Assembly: GCA_951406725.2 (NCBI GenBank)
Contig: OX597824.1
Coordinates: 50,716,001 to 50,780,000, forward strand
Length of the DNA: 64,000 bases
Direction: 5' to 3'
Source of the DNA: Octopus vulgaris
Lineage: Eukaryota
Made by a program: the position numbers and the translations under genes. Shown here piece after piece: positions 60,698-64,000 of this stretch; position 1 is the stretch's first letter; the number at the start of each line of letters is the position of its first letter. The notes beneath the pieces are model-generated. The model did not search any database, was not told where the DNA came from, and saw only the letters and a list, made by a program, of their open reading frames with translations.

Positions 60698-61019
60698 TGT
60701 TTTTAAATGACTCGCTTCGAGAATTGCATTCGGTACGATTTGTTTATATTTGGTAGTTATGACTTTAAAAGTCTCTCCTAGCGTGCGGCATTTATGTGTA
60801 ATAATGCCCTCCATATAATATAAATAAATATTTTCAAGTGAAAAAATTTAGATTTTTTCTCTTATGAGGTTTTTCAAGATAGATGGAATAAATTTAAAAT
60901 AAAATTGTCAGGAAGGCGTGAGCGAGAAATAGAGGCTAGTTGGAGACGGTAGGTGAAATTTTAGTGGACGTCAGTAATATATAAATATCTAGAAATCTAT
61001 ATACACAAGTATAAAATGT

Positions 61020-62110
61020 TATTATCCGGTGTATCCCCACAGGTAGGAAGACTATAAAACCAGTTTTTATTAAAATAGATTTCATTTTCAAAATTTCGTA
61101 GAATTTGCTAACAAAATGTAGTTTTCTTTTTTGAAACTGATGACCGTTTTGGATCAGTCATTTATGTTAACACAAAACAATGAAATCACAAAGATCGAGA
61201 AATATTTGGTTCGGTTTTCGTGCGCATTCTTGTACAATGGCTGCCCTCAATTCGTCGACAGTTGCCGGTTTTGTACCGAAAATTTTATTCCCATTAAAAA
61301 AAGTCTAATTCAACCAAATTGTTTGGAAAAATTCAAAGCAGGTCCTTATGTTACTATGGTATTCTGGACCCCTTCTTGCTTAAAATAACATTCTCCTTTT
61401 TAAAATTCCTCTTGAATGCTTGGCATGACAGATAGATACAGTAAGTTTAAGTAAATGAAACCAATTAAACTACTTCTCAAAAAATAATGGTCAAATTAAT
61501 CCTTTTGATGGTAAGCTGCACCATACTGTAACTCCAGCTCCCAGAAAATCAGCACGATCTTCTTCTGTAATATACGGATTCTCAGGTGTTTAGTTGGTGC
61601 AATTGTTGCGGTTAAGTGAGCAATTTAATTTAAATGTAACTTCATCACATCAAAAATTATTTGTTCAAAAGTGGGTATCCCCTACTCATCTTGCCACATA
61701 TAACTTGCGAAACTTCACTTTTTGTGTGAATCATCTTGTTGGACTATACTTGGAAAGTAAATTTTCCAATTACAGCGCTTCAAAATGCGAAGGGCACTTG
61801 ATTTGAAATGTTATCGACCTTCTTGCCATAGAGATTTTCTTGAAACCTGGTAATACACTTCTTTATTTGTGGGGCTCGTCCATGTCCGCCTTCTTACGGA
61901 ATTTTTATTATAAACGTTTCTTGTTATAAATGAAGTCGAAGTTCCTTCCATTTAAAACTTATTTTTGTGTATCGAGATATGGTAAGCAGCGTAAGAGGGT
62001 CTGTCTGAAACTCCTTTCTAAAATAATTATCAATGGCATACTGGGGGTTGATATAACCGACTAACTCCCTTATCTTAATTATTTCAAATGGATTAAGCCT
62101 CAAAAGAAAA
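61020..62110 (-). mobile_element. Heavily decayed Tc1/mariner-superfamily transposase (DUF4817-type)
   Basis: Minus strand FRKEFQTDPLTLLTISR and CDEVTFKLNCSLNRNNC...ENPY...GVTVWCSL...GLI*PLFFE...FKQEG. Confidence 0.65.
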
Positions 62111-62224
62111 AAATACATTAAATGACTTTCGGCCATGCTTACGCAGACGTAAACACGCGCGCACCTGCGCACACACACTTACACACAAACAGGCACGCAC
62201 ACACTCTCTCTCTCTTTCTCTCTC

Positions 62225-62405
62225 ACACACACACATACACATACACATACACACGCATACATACACACAAGGGTGCACGCACACACACTCTCTCTCTCTC
62301 TCACACACACACACATACACATACACACGCATACATACACACAAGGGTGCACGCGCACACATACACATACACACGCATACATACACACAAGGGTGCACGC
62401 ACACA
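62225..62405. repeat. Imperfect triplicated CA-rich unit containing CAAGGGTGCACGC
   Basis: Motif at ~62268, ~62342 and ~62388. Confidence 0.8.
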
Positions 62406-64000
62406 TACTATTTCTGTACTTCTCTCAATAATCTGTTCATCCCTCTTTCTCTTTCTCTTTCTTTCTCACTCTCCTCTTATATCTCTCCCTATCATTCTCT
62501 CTCTCCCTCTCATCTACCTTCACTCATTTGTGCTCTTAACGCTTTCTTTCTTTCTTTATTTTGCCTTTCCCCCTTATCGGACTATCTCTTTCTTTTTATC
62601 TCTCTCAGATACGTCCCTGCCTTTTCTTTTCATCTGACTCTGCCTATTGCTCTCTCTCCCACATCGCTCTCTCCCTGTGTCTGTTCCGTCTCTCTTTTTC
62701 ATTTTCTGTATAGCTCTCATACCTTTTCTTTGTATCGTTTCTGTTTCTTTCAGGTCCCCGCTCTCTCTCTCTCTCCTTCCCTCCCTCTCTCTCTTTCTCT
62801 CCTCTCTCGCACTTTCTTTCTCTCTCTCCCTCTTTCTCTCTCGATTTCCTCCACTCTTTCTCATCAGTCCTATTATTTTCTGATTCATTTTTCACATCCT
62901 TAATTGTCTCAAACTTCAGCTTTTCCTCTTCTCTCTCAGACTATCTATGTCTGTCTGTCTATCTGTCTCTTTATTCTCCTTCTCAATTCGTCTTTCGCAT
63001 TTCCCCTCTTTCTCCTCTTCTCGCACATTCTCAATTGTCTTCTTAAATTTACCTTTCTTTCTCTGTCTGTCCGTCTGTCTGTCTCTGTCTCTCTGTCTGT
63101 CTTCCTATCTCTCCTTTTTTTCACTCCTCTCTCTATGTCACTCTTCTCTTTTCGGTCGATCTATCTGCATCTCTTTTTAACTCTCATCTTTCTCTCTCTC
63201 TTTCGTCCTCTTTCACTTTCCCCCTCTCTCTCACTCTCTCACTCTCTCACTTTCTCTGTCAATAGCCATCTTCCTTGTAGCTAGCAAATTGTCTTGATAT
63301 AAATTACGACGTCTCTTCAAAACATTACATCAAACTTGGCAGTGGAAACAATGTCAGATCTTCATGGCGATCTCTGCCTGTGTTTCATCTAAATGTGAAT
63401 CACTCATCAAATATTATGAGATAAGTTCTGGTGGTAATGTGATCATGAAATAGAAGACACTGGTGAATTGCATATGAGGTGGCGGTGGGTTGGCATACCT
63501 CGCATGAGGAGGAATGTAAATGGATGGATGGTGGTGGTGGTAGTATGGTGGCGGTGGTAGTGGTGGTAGTGATGGCTGTGGCTAAACTAGAAGTGATATA
63601 AAGAGATGCTTTATAACAAAAATCTACAATCAGTGTAAGGTGAGTGGTAGCCAGTTGCTAGGACAGGCAGACATTGCTTTATTTATTTAAAAACACGTCA
63701 GATCACCAAGCAAAATACAACTGCATCAAATACAATGGAATATATGATAGAGGGGATGAAAATAGAAAAAAGAACACGCTCCCTCTATAAAATGTCTTTC
63801 TGGCCATTGATGGTGTGCACGTTCTTAGTGTTTGTCCTAAAGAAACGGGAATATGTGACGCGCATTCCTTTACTTCCAAATGGTTGTTAATACCATTATT
63901 GGTAATTGTGTGAAATGATAAAAACAATCAAGAACAAAATGTATATTTTACTGAGAATTCTTTCTTAAAACTAATTCTTTTTCCTTTTTTCCTTTTTATA

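Larger units (their letters stand above)
59965..60876. mobile_element. Young non-coding HHR-bearing element: ~458-nt monomer in partial tandem with an inverted 5' copy
   Basis: 59965-60246 is the reverse complement of 60509-60791; 60242-60419 is repeated at 60700-60876; very few mismatches. Confidence 0.88.

Noticed and set aside
62225-62405. CRISPR-like repeat-spacer pattern
   Set aside because: Eukaryotic context; the spacers are CA/CT microsatellite and there are no cas genes

Overview
AT-rich eukaryotic (animal) non-coding DNA. It is saturated with (TA)n, (CA)n, (TATG)n, (TAA)n and (CAT)n microsatellites and with decayed transposable elements. The SINE families and microsatellite load resemble an octopus/coleoid cephalopod genome (inference, not verified). 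I find no intact host gene; almost all ORF-track entries are microsatellite translations. Recognisable elements are several tRNA-derived SINE families, fragments of CR1/L2-group, RTE, Tx1/L1 and R4/Dong LINEs, four Penelope-like (GIY-YIG) fragments, two mariners, a pogo/Tigger, a DUF4817-type Tc1/mariner transposase, non-autonomous Helitrons, a ~4.2 kb (CAT)n array and a 100-N gap. The most notable signal is about 15 type I hammerhead ribozyme (HHR) motifs on both strands, read by eye. Some are canonical, some carry variants at the 3:8 core pair. Several sit in tandem and inverted repeat units, including a young ~458-nt HHR-bearing monomer at 59965-60876 that looks like a Penelope-mobilised retrozyme or pLTR derivative. 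A second theme is a ~10 kb nest of (TAA)n-associated retroelements. All calls come from manual reading and boundaries are approximate.
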